From a virus (taxonomy: Duplodnaviria > Caudoviricetes): a DNA stretch of 34,231 bases. The DNA lies in IMG/VR virus record IMGVR_UViG_3300047272_000137, positions 1 through 34,231 of that record; one strand, written 5' to 3'. The notes beneath the pieces were generated by a model that worked only from the letters and a program-made list of their open reading frames with translations, searched no databases and had not been told where the DNA came from. How positions within the stretch are numbered: the first letter of the stretch is position 1; the number at the start of each line of letters is the position of its first letter. Below, in pieces: positions 1 through 8,967 of the stretch. The position numbers and the translations under genes were made by a program.

Positions 1-66
1 AAATTTTTAACCACTGACGGAACGTCCGCTTCGTGGGTTAGCATCTCCGATTGGGGTACTCTCTAA
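1..66 (+). CDS. 3' end of a probable tail-fibre protein (partial)
   Basis: Frame 1 is open to TAA at 64-66 (KFLTTDGTSASWVSISDWGTL*). It overlaps the next ATG (TAATG), and KFLTTDG..SW is typical of tail-fibre segments. Confidence 0.55.
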   Translation, partial: KFLTTDGTSASWVSISDWGTL

Positions 67-524
67 TGTCATTCGCCTTCCAACGTCGTAGAGGAACAAC
101 TTCACAGCACGCTTCCTTTACTGGTCTCAACGCAGAACTTACAGTTGATACTGATAAGAAGACTGTAGTAGTTCACGATGGTTCTACCGCAGGTGGAGTA
201 CCACTTGCCAAGGAACGTCCATCATTAAATGCTCAAACAGGAACAACTTATACACTCGTAGCAACTGATGCTACAAAGGTTGTCACAGCATCTAACGCAT
301 CAGCAATTACAGTAACAGTCCCACCTTCTGTATATGTAGCAGGTGACATCATTACTGTTGCACAGATTGGTGCTGGTCAGGTTACATTTGCTCAGGGTTC
401 AGGAGTTACAATTAACTCAGTAGGAGCAACAGCAACTGCACCAAAGATTCGTGCTCAGTATGCAGCAGCACAAGTAATATGCACAGCAAGCAATACATTC
501 CTCATTGTGGGTGACATCGCCTAA
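66..524 (+). CDS. Tail-fibre protein with Mtd N-terminal-like domain
   Basis: QRRRGTTSQHASFTG..ELTVDTDKKTVVVHDGSTAGGVPLA resembles the major tropism determinant N-terminal domain, followed by a NAQTGTTYTLV..D beta-rich module. ATG 66 preferred because it is coupled to the upstream stop. Confidence 0.75.
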   Translation: MSFAFQRRRGTTSQHASFTGLNAELTVDTDKKTVVVHDGSTAGGVPLAKERPSLNAQTGTTYTLVATDATKVVTASNASAITVTVPPSVYVAGDIITVAQIGAGQVTFAQGSGVTINSVGATATAPKIRAQYAAAQVICTASNTFLIVGDIA

Positions 525-1117
525 TGACCCCTATTCTAACTGGCATTATTGCCTCTGGAATATCGGGGCATTTAACACCACCGTTTAGTCCTGCTGGTGC
601 TTACGATGCGCTAGCAAGCATAACTTTATCCTCGGCAGCCTCTGAAGTAACTTTTTCCAATATACCTAGCGGATACAAGCATCTACAGATTCGTATGCTC
701 CAGCGCGATAGTAATGCCGACACAAATGTTAACTCTTTGTATATGTACTACAATGGTGATACTAATGGCAACTATTCTTGGCATAGAATTGAAGCACTTG
801 GCTCAGGAACTCCTTCTTCATCTGGCTATGGCAACCAAGGAAGTATGTGGATTGGACCATCTACCGCTAATAATTACACAAGTGGCATTTTCTGTGGACA
901 CATTATTGACATCTTAGATTACAGTTCAATTGAAAAGTACAAAACAATGAAGCATATTGGTGGATTTGATACTAACGGTACTGGTACAGAACCAGGTGAG
1001 ATTGCATTTACATCAGGCATGTACATGAGCAAGCAACCTATTAGTAGCATCACTATTATGAAGAGTGGTCAAAATCAAGTTTCTGGCAGTACGTTTGCAC
1101 TATATGGGGTGAAATAA
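524..1117 (+). CDS. Tail-fibre-associated/receptor-binding protein (paralog 1)
   Basis: Beta-rich domain (VTFSNIPSGYKHLQIR ... STFALYGVK) shared with the next two ORFs; located in the tail cluster. Confidence 0.6.
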   Translation: MTPILTGIIASGISGHLTPPFSPAGAYDALASITLSSAASEVTFSNIPSGYKHLQIRMLQRDSNADTNVNSLYMYYNGDTNGNYSWHRIEALGSGTPSSSGYGNQGSMWIGPSTANNYTSGIFCGHIIDILDYSSIEKYKTMKHIGGFDTNGTGTEPGEIAFTSGMYMSKQPISSITIMKSGQNQVSGSTFALYGVK

Positions 1118-1118
1118 T

Positions 1119-2414
1119 ATGGCTACTAATACATACGTTGCATTAGATAAAACAACAGTAAGCGGAACAGCATCTTCTATTACTCTGAGCGGAATCAATC
1201 AAGGTTATACTGACCTTGTAATCGTTTCATCTTATGGCTCAGGCAACACAATGTATATTCAATTTAATGGAGATACTGGTTCTAACTACTCAACAACAGT
1301 TCTTTATAGCACTGGTTCTGCCTATGGTTCAACTCGCTCAACATCGGCAACAAGAAGTTATATTGGCGGTTACTGGGTTGGTTCCGATGCTGGAGCAAAT
1401 AGCAACGTAATTGTAACTAATGTTCAAGGTTACTCAAACAGTGGAATTTACAAAACTATATTAAATAGGTCTGCAAATCCTTCAAATGAGGCAGATGCTA
1501 TTGTTGGATTGTGGCGTAATACTGCAGCAATCACTTCAGTAACTATAGGAGTAACAACAGGTAACATTGCCGTTGGCTCAACATTCTCATTATATGGAAT
1601 TAAAGCCTGGTCTGGTGAAACAACGCCTAAGGCAACTGGCGGATTAGTCACATCTGACTCTACTTATTGGTATCATACATTCCAGAATTCAAGTTCATTC
1701 GTACCCAACCAAACACTAACCTGTGATTATCTTATCGTTGGTGGCGGTGGCGGAGGTGGACCTATCATCGGTGGTGGTGGAGGCGCAGGAGGCTACAGAG
1801 CATTCTCATCTTCAAGCATTACTGCGGGTTCATACCCAGTAGTCATTGGCGCTGGTGGCGCTGGTGGTTGGTATGGTGGCGGTTCTGGAAGCCTCAAGGC
1901 TGCATCTTCTGCTGGAAATGCAACTACATTTAATGGATACAGTTCTGCTGGTGGTGGACGCGGTGCTTACTTAGCCGACGGTTCTTTCTATGGACCAGCA
2001 ACATCTGGTGGTTCTGGTGGTGGCGGTAGCCGTGACCAAGCAGCAGGAAGCGGTAACACTCCTTCAACATCTCCTGTTCAGGGATATGGCGGAGGCACAG
2101 GTCAAGGTGCTCCTTACTACAATGGTGGTGGTGGCGGTGGTGCAGGCGGTGCTGGAAGCAACGCAGGCACTAGCGGTGGTAATGGTGGTCCAGGACTTAA
2201 CTGGCAATCATTAGGAACCTACTATGCAGGCGGTGGTGGTGCTAGCCCTGGAGACCAGGGTGGCGCAGGTACAGGTGGTATTGGTGGTGGTGGCAATGGT
2301 GTTGCTGGCATCGGTCAACCTGGTGGAATTGGTACAGGTGGCGGTGGTGGTGGTGGTCACTCAACTGGCGGTACAGGCGGTGGCGGAGTTGTCATTGTTA
2401 GATATGCGAAATAA
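1119..2414 (+). CDS. Tail-fibre protein with glycine-rich C-terminal domain (paralog 2)
   Basis: Same N-terminal domain (..GYTDLVIV ... STFSLYGIK), then KATGG..YWYHTF..CDYLIVGGGGGGG and poly-Gly repeats ending GVVIVRY. Confidence 0.7.
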   Translation: MATNTYVALDKTTVSGTASSITLSGINQGYTDLVIVSSYGSGNTMYIQFNGDTGSNYSTTVLYSTGSAYGSTRSTSATRSYIGGYWVGSDAGANSNVIVTNVQGYSNSGIYKTILNRSANPSNEADAIVGLWRNTAAITSVTIGVTTGNIAVGSTFSLYGIKAWSGETTPKATGGLVTSDSTYWYHTFQNSSSFVPNQTLTCDYLIVGGGGGGGPIIGGGGGAGGYRAFSSSSITAGSYPVVIGAGGAGGWYGGGSGSLKAASSAGNATTFNGYSSAGGGRGAYLADGSFYGPATSGGSGGGGSRDQAAGSGNTPSTSPVQGYGGGTGQGAPYYNGGGGGGAGGAGSNAGTSGGNGGPGLNWQSLGTYYAGGGGASPGDQGGAGTGGIGGGGNGVAGIGQPGGIGTGGGGGGGHSTGGTGGGGVVIVRYAK

Positions 2415-2426
2415 GGGAGATAGATA

Positions 2427-3842
2427 ATGGCAGATAACTACATACTACTAGAAACTATTGAACTTACTCAAAGCGCAGCATCTGTAACTTTTGACAATAT
2501 CCCACAAACTGGTTACACGGATTTAAAGATTGTTGTATCAGGTAGAAATACTGGAACTAGCCAAAACATTGTAACTAAATTTAATGGAAGTTCAACAGGA
2601 TATACAGAGCGCTGGCTATATGGAAGCGGTGCTACTGCTGGCGCTTACACACAATCTACTTCATATTTTTATATGATGTATCAAAATTCTTCATTGAATA
2701 CAGCAAATGCATTTGGTAACTCCGAAATGCTAATCCCAAATTATACTTCTAGTAACTATAAAGTAGTGTCTACTGATGTGACTCAAGAAACAAATGTTGG
2801 GTCAACTGATTTTTATATGGCATTATCTTCTGGCTTGTGGTCAAACACAAGTGCTATTACAAGCATTGAAATGAGCCCATATTCATCAGGTTCATTTGTT
2901 GCCAATAGCACATTCTCGTTATATGGAATAGCGGCAACAGGTACTACACCTGCTATTGGACCTAAGGCTACTGGTGGTAATATTGTTGCCAACGATGGCA
3001 CTTACTGGTATCACGCGTTTCTTAGTAGCGGAACATTTACGCCTGCCGTCCCTTTAACTTGTGACTACCTAGTAGTGGCAGGCGGTGGTGGCGGTGGTGG
3101 CACGCCTGCTGATGCTGCAGGTGGAGGCGGTGCTGGAGGACTGCGCTCAACAGTAACTGCAACAGGTGGTGGTGGTTCGCTTGAGTCCGCTGCATCTCTT
3201 TTAGCCCAGTCTTACACAATTACAATTGGTGCTGGTGGAGCAGGTGGAACATTTAGCGAAACAGCAAATGGAATTAATGGCTCCTCGTCGTCTATAGCAG
3301 GTAGTGGTTTGACTACTATTAGTACTGTTGGTGGTGGTGGAGGAGGTCGAGGTTCTAACTCTGGTACATATGGCGGAAACACTGGTGGTTCTGGTGGTGG
3401 CGGTAGCGCACGTAGTGGAACTGGTGGAGACAGAACTGTAAGCCAAGGTTATGCAGGCGCTGCTGGTGGTGCTGGTGGAGACGGCACAGGCGGTGGTGGC
3501 GGTGGTGCAGGGCAGGCTGGTCAAACTGGTTCGTCAAGTGGCGGCAACGGTGGTAATGGTGTTCAAATTACCGCATTTGCAACACCAACAAACACTGGCG
3601 CTAACAGCGGATATTATGCTGGCGGCGGCGGAGGTGGTCCATCAAATAATGGCGGAGCAGCATCTGGCACAGGTGGTGCAGGTGGCGGTGGTGGTGGAAA
3701 CAGCGCTTCTTCAAACGGCACTCCAGCAATTAGAAACACAGGTGGAGGCGGTGCAGCCGCTGCTAGAAATGGTGGCGGAGGAAACCGCGAAGGCGGTGCT
3801 GGTGGTTCAGGTATTGTAATTATTAGATATGCAATTGCATAA
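2427..3842 (+). CDS. Tail-fibre protein with glycine-rich C-terminal domain (paralog 3)
   Basis: Same architecture as 1119..2414 (VTFDNIPQTGYTDLKIV, STFSLYGIA, KATGG, CDYLVVAGGGGGG, GSGIVIIRY); RBS AAGGGAG upstream. Confidence 0.7.
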   Translation: MADNYILLETIELTQSAASVTFDNIPQTGYTDLKIVVSGRNTGTSQNIVTKFNGSSTGYTERWLYGSGATAGAYTQSTSYFYMMYQNSSLNTANAFGNSEMLIPNYTSSNYKVVSTDVTQETNVGSTDFYMALSSGLWSNTSAITSIEMSPYSSGSFVANSTFSLYGIAATGTTPAIGPKATGGNIVANDGTYWYHAFLSSGTFTPAVPLTCDYLVVAGGGGGGGTPADAAGGGGAGGLRSTVTATGGGGSLESAASLLAQSYTITIGAGGAGGTFSETANGINGSSSSIAGSGLTTISTVGGGGGGRGSNSGTYGGNTGGSGGGGSARSGTGGDRTVSQGYAGAAGGAGGDGTGGGGGGAGQAGQTGSSSGGNGGNGVQITAFATPTNTGANSGYYAGGGGGGPSNNGGAASGTGGAGGGGGGNSASSNGTPAIRNTGGGGAAAARNGGGGNREGGAGGSGIVIIRYAIA

Positions 3843-3853
3843 AGGAGAATAGA

Positions 3854-4153
3854 ATGTCACATTGGGCAGAGATTGATGAGAACAATACAGTTCTCCGTGT
3901 ACTCGTTGGCAACAACAGCGAGCCAGATGAAGGCGAAGCCTTTATGAATTCACTAGGTGGAACCTGGGTAAAGACTTCTTACAATGGAAACATCCGTAAG
4001 AACTTTGCTGGTATCGGTTACACTTATGATGCAGGCAGAGATGCTTTCATCCCACCTAAGCCAGAGTGCCATCCTAACGATGTAACACTTGACGAAGAAA
4101 CTTGTATCTGGTCTTGTCCAGATGCTTCACACGTAATCATTCAAGGAGAATAA
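3854..4153 (+). CDS. Small tail-associated protein
   Basis: Strong RBS AAGGAG. WVKTSYNGNIRKNFAGIGYTYD..RDAFIPPKP is a motif commonly seen after Gly-rich phage fibres. Confidence 0.55.
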   Translation: MSHWAEIDENNTVLRVLVGNNSEPDEGEAFMNSLGGTWVKTSYNGNIRKNFAGIGYTYDAGRDAFIPPKPECHPNDVTLDEETCIWSCPDASHVIIQGE

Positions 4154-4154
4154 A

Positions 4155-4388
4155 ATGTCAGACGTACCTAAGAAACTCGTAGTTGACCTAGCAACAGGAA
4201 CTCAGCAATACATTGACTTGACTCCTGAGGAAATTGCTCAGCGTGAAGTAGATGCACAGGCTGCTGCTATTGAAAAAGCAGAGCGCGATTCAGCAATGCA
4301 GGCTAAAGCAGATGCAAAACTATCTGCTCAAGCAAAGTTGCAAGCACTTGGCTTGTCTGGTGATGAAATCACCGCAATTACAAACTAA
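4155..4388 (+). CDS. Small tail-associated protein (possible fibre chaperone)
   Basis: RBS AAGGAG; helical, ends SAQAKLQALGLSGDEI; located in the tail cluster. Confidence 0.5.
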   Translation: MSDVPKKLVVDLATGTQQYIDLTPEEIAQREVDAQAAAIEKAERDSAMQAKADAKLSAQAKLQALGLSGDEITAITN

Positions 4389-4413
4389 TAGATTCTAGTA
4401 ATGGAGGTTCGCC

Positions 4414-6423
4414 TTGGCAGGCAGAGATATAACCGAAGGTCGCGCCAGTAATGCTATTGCGGTAGATGTTGGAGTAAACTCTTCAACTGCTATTTGGCAG
4501 AACACCGATATGTCTTACGACGTAGCCATTGGTGGACTTCCATTCTTCTATGCAATCAATGACTCACGCCCTTATATCCGTCAGACTGCACCCTTTCGTA
4601 AGGACCAGTTCGACAATGGCAACGAGCCTGGCGAGCAGTCTCTGACTGGTTGGTGGATTCGTAGCCAAGCATCGTTCCACTCTGGTTCAGGTATTAAATT
4701 CTATGACCCAGCAACAACTGATGAGAATGGACACTATCGCTTTGCTGATAGCAAGGGTATAAATGTCTGGACAAAGGGACAAGCAACCCTGCTCAAGTCT
4801 TGCGAAGTGGGCCACAATACCACTGGCGCAATTGCAGCAAATGGTGAACCACAGCAACACATGCGCTCAATTAAGTGGAGCACTTTTACTGGGGCGCTAC
4901 TTCATGATGGCTACGATGTTGATAAGATTAAAGTAACTGACCCAGCAAACCCAGTTCATTTCATTGACTACAACGCTGGTGCTGGTGTCTATCCAGTCTA
5001 CTCAATCTGCGATGACGGAACTAATGCATACTGGGCAACCAATGCTACATCTGGCGGAACAACTAAGTTTACCGTATACGGCAAGCCGCTTACTGGTTCA
5101 TCCGCAAGTACTGCTGATGAGTTCAAGGTATTCGACAATAGCCAGATTGTATCTCACGCTACCATGGACTATGTAAAGTCACGCTTGGTAATCTGCGCTG
5201 ACAACAAGGTGTACGAGTGCGCAACAACAGCAGCATCAACCCCAACATTGCTTTACACCAATCCAGCATCAGGATTCATCTACTCAAGCATTACTGCATC
5301 TGGCCCAGCAATTTACATTGCAGGATACAATGGAACTCAGTCACACATTGAGAAGTACACAGTATCTGCAACTGGTGTCATGCCAACCCTCACATCTGCA
5401 GTAGTTGCAGCAGAGATGCCTGTTGGCGAAATCATTCACAAGATTCACTACTACTACGGATACCTCGTCATTGGTACCAACAAGGGTATTCGAGTTGCAG
5501 CAGTATCTGACCAAGATGGCTCTATTAACTATGGCCCTCTTATTGTCGAAACTACACAGCCAGTCTACGACTTTACTGGACGTGACCACTTCATTTGGGC
5601 TGCAGCAGGAGTTGCTGGAGAGCCTGGCCTTATCCGCATTGACCTCAGTAATGAACTAGAAACGCTACGCTTTGCTTATGCAAACGATATCTACTACGAT
5701 GGCGTTACTGGACACGTAACTACAGCCTGCTGTTTTGATGGCAATACAAGCACAACTGTTGTAGATAGACTTATGTTTGCAACAGCCAACGCTTCATCAG
5801 TAGATGGGGCAGTGTATGTAGAAAGCGCTACAGACCTACGTGCATCTGGCTACCTAACCACAGGTAACATTCGCTATGGCACGCTAGAGCCTAAGAACTT
5901 TAAGCGCCTACTTGGGCGCGGTAACTTTGACTATGGCTCAATGACTCTTGAAACTGTTGACAAGGATGGCACAGAGTATGACCATATCTCATACGACTCA
6001 ACAATTGACCCAATCGAAGTAACAACATCATCTCCTGCCACAGCGCAGGAATATGTTGCCTACAAGTTTATCCTATACCGCGATGCGGATGATAACTCAC
6101 TTGGTCCAATCTTTAAAGGCTATCAGGCTAAGGCTACTATTGCTACACCACGTCAGCGTGTAATCAGATTCCCTGTTTACTGCTACGACGTAGAGACAGA
6201 CCGCTACAACTCAATGGTTGGATATGAAGGCAAAGCCTTCGAAAAGATTATCGCCCTTGAGGACATTGAAGAATCAGGTGACGTACTCACTTGGCAGGAC
6301 CTAACTACTGGCGAAGCACGTCAGGCAGTTATTGAGCAGGTTGTATTCCAACGTGCAACACCACCAGACAAGCGTTTTAGTGGCTTTGGTGGAGTAATCG
6401 AAATAACCATCCGTACTGTATAA
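4414..6423 (+). CDS. Tail structural protein (tail tubular/nozzle-like, probable beta-propeller)
   Basis: 669 aa beta-rich ORF with GGAGG RBS and TTG start, between the fibre genes and lysis genes. Confidence 0.55.
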   Translation: MAGRDITEGRASNAIAVDVGVNSSTAIWQNTDMSYDVAIGGLPFFYAINDSRPYIRQTAPFRKDQFDNGNEPGEQSLTGWWIRSQASFHSGSGIKFYDPATTDENGHYRFADSKGINVWTKGQATLLKSCEVGHNTTGAIAANGEPQQHMRSIKWSTFTGALLHDGYDVDKIKVTDPANPVHFIDYNAGAGVYPVYSICDDGTNAYWATNATSGGTTKFTVYGKPLTGSSASTADEFKVFDNSQIVSHATMDYVKSRLVICADNKVYECATTAASTPTLLYTNPASGFIYSSITASGPAIYIAGYNGTQSHIEKYTVSATGVMPTLTSAVVAAEMPVGEIIHKIHYYYGYLVIGTNKGIRVAAVSDQDGSINYGPLIVETTQPVYDFTGRDHFIWAAAGVAGEPGLIRIDLSNELETLRFAYANDIYYDGVTGHVTTACCFDGNTSTTVVDRLMFATANASSVDGAVYVESATDLRASGYLTTGNIRYGTLEPKNFKRLLGRGNFDYGSMTLETVDKDGTEYDHISYDSTIDPIEVTTSSPATAQEYVAYKFILYRDADDNSLGPIFKGYQAKATIATPRQRVIRFPVYCYDVETDRYNSMVGYEGKAFEKIIALEDIEESGDVLTWQDLTTGEARQAVIEQVVFQRATPPDKRFSGFGGVIEITIRTV

Positions 6424-6442
6424 CTCTTAGGAGCGCAAATTA

Positions 6443-6649
6443 ATGACCGCATCAACTTGGGCTGGGCTAATCGTATCTGGCATCGCAATCGTAACTGCAT
6501 TTGCAGGTAGCGTACGCTGGCTAGTCAAGCATTATCTTTACGAACTCAAGCCCAACTCTGGCAGTTCACTAAAAGATTCGGTCACAAGACTTGAAGAAAA
6601 AGTAGAGATACTCTACCAGATTATGATTCAGCGAGGGAGAAATGAATGA
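6443..6649 (+). CDS. Membrane protein of the lysis cassette
   Basis: N-terminal hydrophobic helix, then ELKPNSGSSLKDSVTRLE coiled coil; directly precedes the endolysin. Confidence 0.6.
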   Translation: MTASTWAGLIVSGIAIVTAFAGSVRWLVKHYLYELKPNSGSSLKDSVTRLEEKVEILYQIMIQRGRNE

Positions 6650-7095
6650 AACTTGTAGCCAAGAAAGCCACACCTGCTGCGGTTGCTGTTCTGCGCCAAG
6701 CGACGGCTCTTCGTCCCAAGCGCAAGAAAGCCTCCGATGGGCTTCTGCCTTCTGCTGCTCATATCAAACAGAATCCTGATTCAGACCACAATACAGGATA
6801 CGCAGTAGATATTACACACGACCCAGCAAGTGGCATTGACTGCTTCGAAATCTATGAGAAGTTGCAGTCAGATAAGCGTGTAAAGTATCTAATTTTCCAC
6901 GGCAAGATTTGGTCACAAAAGAACGGCGAGTCTCGCTATACTGGAATCAACCAGCATAACAAGCACTTGCATATCTCAATCAAGGATAACTGTGGCAACA
7001 ATACAGCGCCATGGTTCCCTTGGCTAGGTAAAGCAACCACAGTAAACAAAGTAAAGGCAGCGGTAAAACCATTGCCAAAGAAGGAGACAAAATGA
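6646..7095 (+). CDS. Endolysin, zinc peptidase (M15-like)
   Basis: SDHNTGYAVDI and H..HLHISI zinc-ligand pattern; flanked by membrane-protein genes. Confidence 0.65.
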   Translation: MKLVAKKATPAAVAVLRQATALRPKRKKASDGLLPSAAHIKQNPDSDHNTGYAVDITHDPASGIDCFEIYEKLQSDKRVKYLIFHGKIWSQKNGESRYTGINQHNKHLHISIKDNCGNNTAPWFPWLGKATTVNKVKAAVKPLPKKETK

Positions 7096-7295
7096 AGAAG
7101 TTCTTCACCCCAGCACGTGTCAACGCTATCAAGGCTTGGGCTACAGCAGTAGCAGCGGTTGCAGTATTTTCAGGAGTGCAACTCCTCACCGACCTAGCCC
7201 CACAGTACTCAGCCCTTATCGCAGCCCTAGTGGCTCCTGCTATCAAGTGGGCAGATAAGAACGACGACGCTTTTGGACTAGGCTCCAAGAAGTAG
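7092..7295 (+). CDS. Holin-like protein
   Basis: 67 aa with two hydrophobic segments and a charged C-terminus; follows the endolysin with ATGA overlap. Confidence 0.6.
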   Translation: MKKFFTPARVNAIKAWATAVAAVAVFSGVQLLTDLAPQYSALIAALVAPAIKWADKNDDAFGLGSKK

Positions 7296-7324
7296 CCCAT
7301 ATAAGCCTTAGAAGGCTGTTTTAA

Positions 7325-7378
7325 GACAAGAAGACCCCCGACTCTAGCATTACTGCTATAGAAGGGGGTCCTTTTGTC
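7325..7378. terminator. Intrinsic terminator between convergent genes
   Basis: GACCCCC...GGGGGTC stem extended by GACAA/TTGTC, followed by CTTTTG; lies between the holin (+) and the minus-strand ORF ending at 7427. Confidence 0.6.
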
Positions 7379-7426
7379 ATTTCTAGCGTGTACATCCCAC
7401 CACCCCTGGTGGCAGGCGCTAGAGAC

Positions 7427-7810
7427 TTACTTTAGTTCTTTGTATGTCTTGTTTGCAAAGTCCAGCGCTTCTTCAAAGGTATCAAAGTTGCGAGTTACCT
7501 CATCTGTTCGACCCTTATCCTTGTGATAAACTTTTACGTAATACCCTTCATTGGAGCCTGTTGAATTATATCCAGGTTCAATAACTACCGACCATCTCTT
7601 TGTATCCTTGCACATATCTTGCTCCTTTGATTTCGTATACTTATCCAAATAGGTTTTGCTCATATCATCTATTAACTTGTCGTAAGCCTGAGTCACTACA
7701 ACACCAGGTAGGTTAGGATATTCCTTATGTGGCACCATAGGGTTGCCGTACGTGTTGCACCTTATCCCCACAGGACATGGCACGGATTGACCACTCTTGC
7801 CATAAATCAC
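7427..7810 (-). CDS. Hypothetical protein, possible N-terminal zinc finger (start uncertain)
   Basis: 127 aa ORF; the frame stays open upstream of the GTG through CLYCGQ to an ATT at 7861. Confidence 0.5.
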   Translation of the reverse strand: MIYGKSGQSVPCPVGIRCNTYGNPMVPHKEYPNLPGVVVTQAYDKLIDDMSKTYLDKYTKSKEQDMCKDTKRWSVVIEPGYNSTGSNEGYYVKVYHKDKGRTDEVTRNFDTFEEALDFANKTYKELK

Positions 7811-7856
7811 AGCCCTTTGGCCACAATATAAGCAACGGTGTGTCCATTCTGTTGCG

Positions 7857-8009
7857 TTAATCTTGTAGTTCTTCCTCTAACTCTTCAAGGAAGTTGATGT
7901 ACTGGTTGCCTCGAATACGTGCTTTTACTTCGTAGTAGAGGGCTTCTAGCAGGAAGTACAGTGAGGTACCTGCTAACGAGCCCAAGAAGGCTGCTAAGAA
8001 ATTTGACAT
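7857..8009 (-). CDS. Small membrane protein (50 aa)
   Basis: MSNFLAAFLGSLAGTSLYFLLEALYYEVKARIRGNQYINFLEELEEELQD*, with AGAGGAG RBS and a consensus promoter upstream. Confidence 0.65.
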   Translation of the reverse strand: MSNFLAAFLGSLAGTSLYFLLEALYYEVKARIRGNQYINFLEELEEELQD

Positions 8010-8090
8010 AGTTCTCCTCTTATATATATAATTATTATATAATATAAGGCCGAAGGCCTTTATATATAATATATTTACTTACAATATACA

Positions 8091-8118
8091 ATTATACACG
8101 TACTTTTCCAAATGTCAA
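8091..8118 (-). promoter_or_regulatory. SigA/sigma70-type promoter (leftward)
   Basis: Minus strand TTGACA-16 bp-TATAAT. Confidence 0.7.
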
Positions 8119-8131
8119 ACATTTGAAACAA

Positions 8132-8161
8132 TTGACAAATCGGGCAATCTGTCCGTATACT
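8132..8161 (+). promoter_or_regulatory. SigA/sigma70-type promoter for the replication module, probably leaderless mRNA
   Basis: TTGACA-18 bp-TATACT, with ATG at 8168 only 6 nt after the -10 box and no RBS. Confidence 0.7.
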
Positions 8162-8167
8162 ACCCAT

Positions 8168-8359
8168 ATGTCAATCGAACTAGAAGAATATACCCTACCA
8201 GAGCATATATCCTACTCTGCGTTTACTACCTACCTTACGTGTGGGTATCAATACTACCTCGGCAGACTGCTCAACAAGCAGGAAGCCCCATCAGTCTGGT
8301 CAGTCGGAGGAACTGCGTTCCACCTTGCATGTGAGAACTACGACAAGGAGAACATGTGA
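8168..8359 (+). CDS. N-terminal part of a split Cas4/AddB-like PD-(D/E)XK exonuclease
   Basis: HISYS....YLTCGYQYY and GTAFH match the N-terminal motifs of the RecB/Cas4-like family. Confidence 0.7.
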   Translation: MSIELEEYTLPEHISYSAFTTYLTCGYQYYLGRLLNKQEAPSVWSVGGTAFHLACENYDKENM

Positions 8360-8967
8360 GCGCACAACAACTATGGGCAGACGCATGGGTTGCATCTAAA
8401 GGTGACATCGACCTAACCAACGCACGTGTTGGCGGTCGTGAAACCAAGGCTAACCCTAACAAGGAAGATGTCGTCTTTTGGAATACCAAAGGTCCTATGT
8501 GGGTCGACGGCTATATCAACTGGCGCAAGACCAACAAGGACTGGAAGATATGGACAGCACCAGATGGCAACCCTGGAATCGAATTAGCACTAACACCAGT
8601 CATCAAAGACGTAGCCGTCAAGATGATTATCGACCGCGTGTTCGAGGTCAACGGAGAGTTAGTGATTGTCGACCTCAAGACATCGCAAAGCACGCCAACC
8701 AGCAACCTGCAACTCGCGTTCTATAAACTCGGTATCAAGGAAACCTTTGGTATCGATGTCAAGTGGGGTACGTACTACATGTCTCGCGGTAACAATATCT
8801 CGGATATGGTTGACCTATCTGAGTATACTACCGACAAGATGGAGTATCTCATCGAAACATTTGACAAAGCGCGAAAGGCTGCGCTATTCTTGCCCAACAC
8901 AAACAGTTGTCAGTACATGTGCGGGTTAACCGAGTACTGTCAATTCTCTATCAAGAAGGATAAATAA
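8356..8967 (+). CDS. C-terminal catalytic part of the split Cas4/AddB-like exonuclease
   Basis: E...IIDRV...IVDLKT, QLAFY and C-terminal CQYMCGLTEYC; own RBS AAGGAG and GTGA overlap. Confidence 0.8.
   Translation: MSAQQLWADAWVASKGDIDLTNARVGGRETKANPNKEDVVFWNTKGPMWVDGYINWRKTNKDWKIWTAPDGNPGIELALTPVIKDVAVKMIIDRVFEVNGELVIVDLKTSQSTPTSNLQLAFYKLGIKETFGIDVKWGTYYMSRGNNISDMVDLSEYTTDKMEYLIETFDKARKAALFLPNTNSCQYMCGLTEYCQFSIKKDK

Noticed and set aside
716-727. CCGACACAAA match inside a tail gene
   Set aside because: Partial, isolated match in coding sequence far from the cluster; compatible with chance.
66-3842. Diversity-generating retroelement suggested by the Mtd-like domain
   Set aside because: No reverse transcriptase and no template/variable repeat pair seen in the window.
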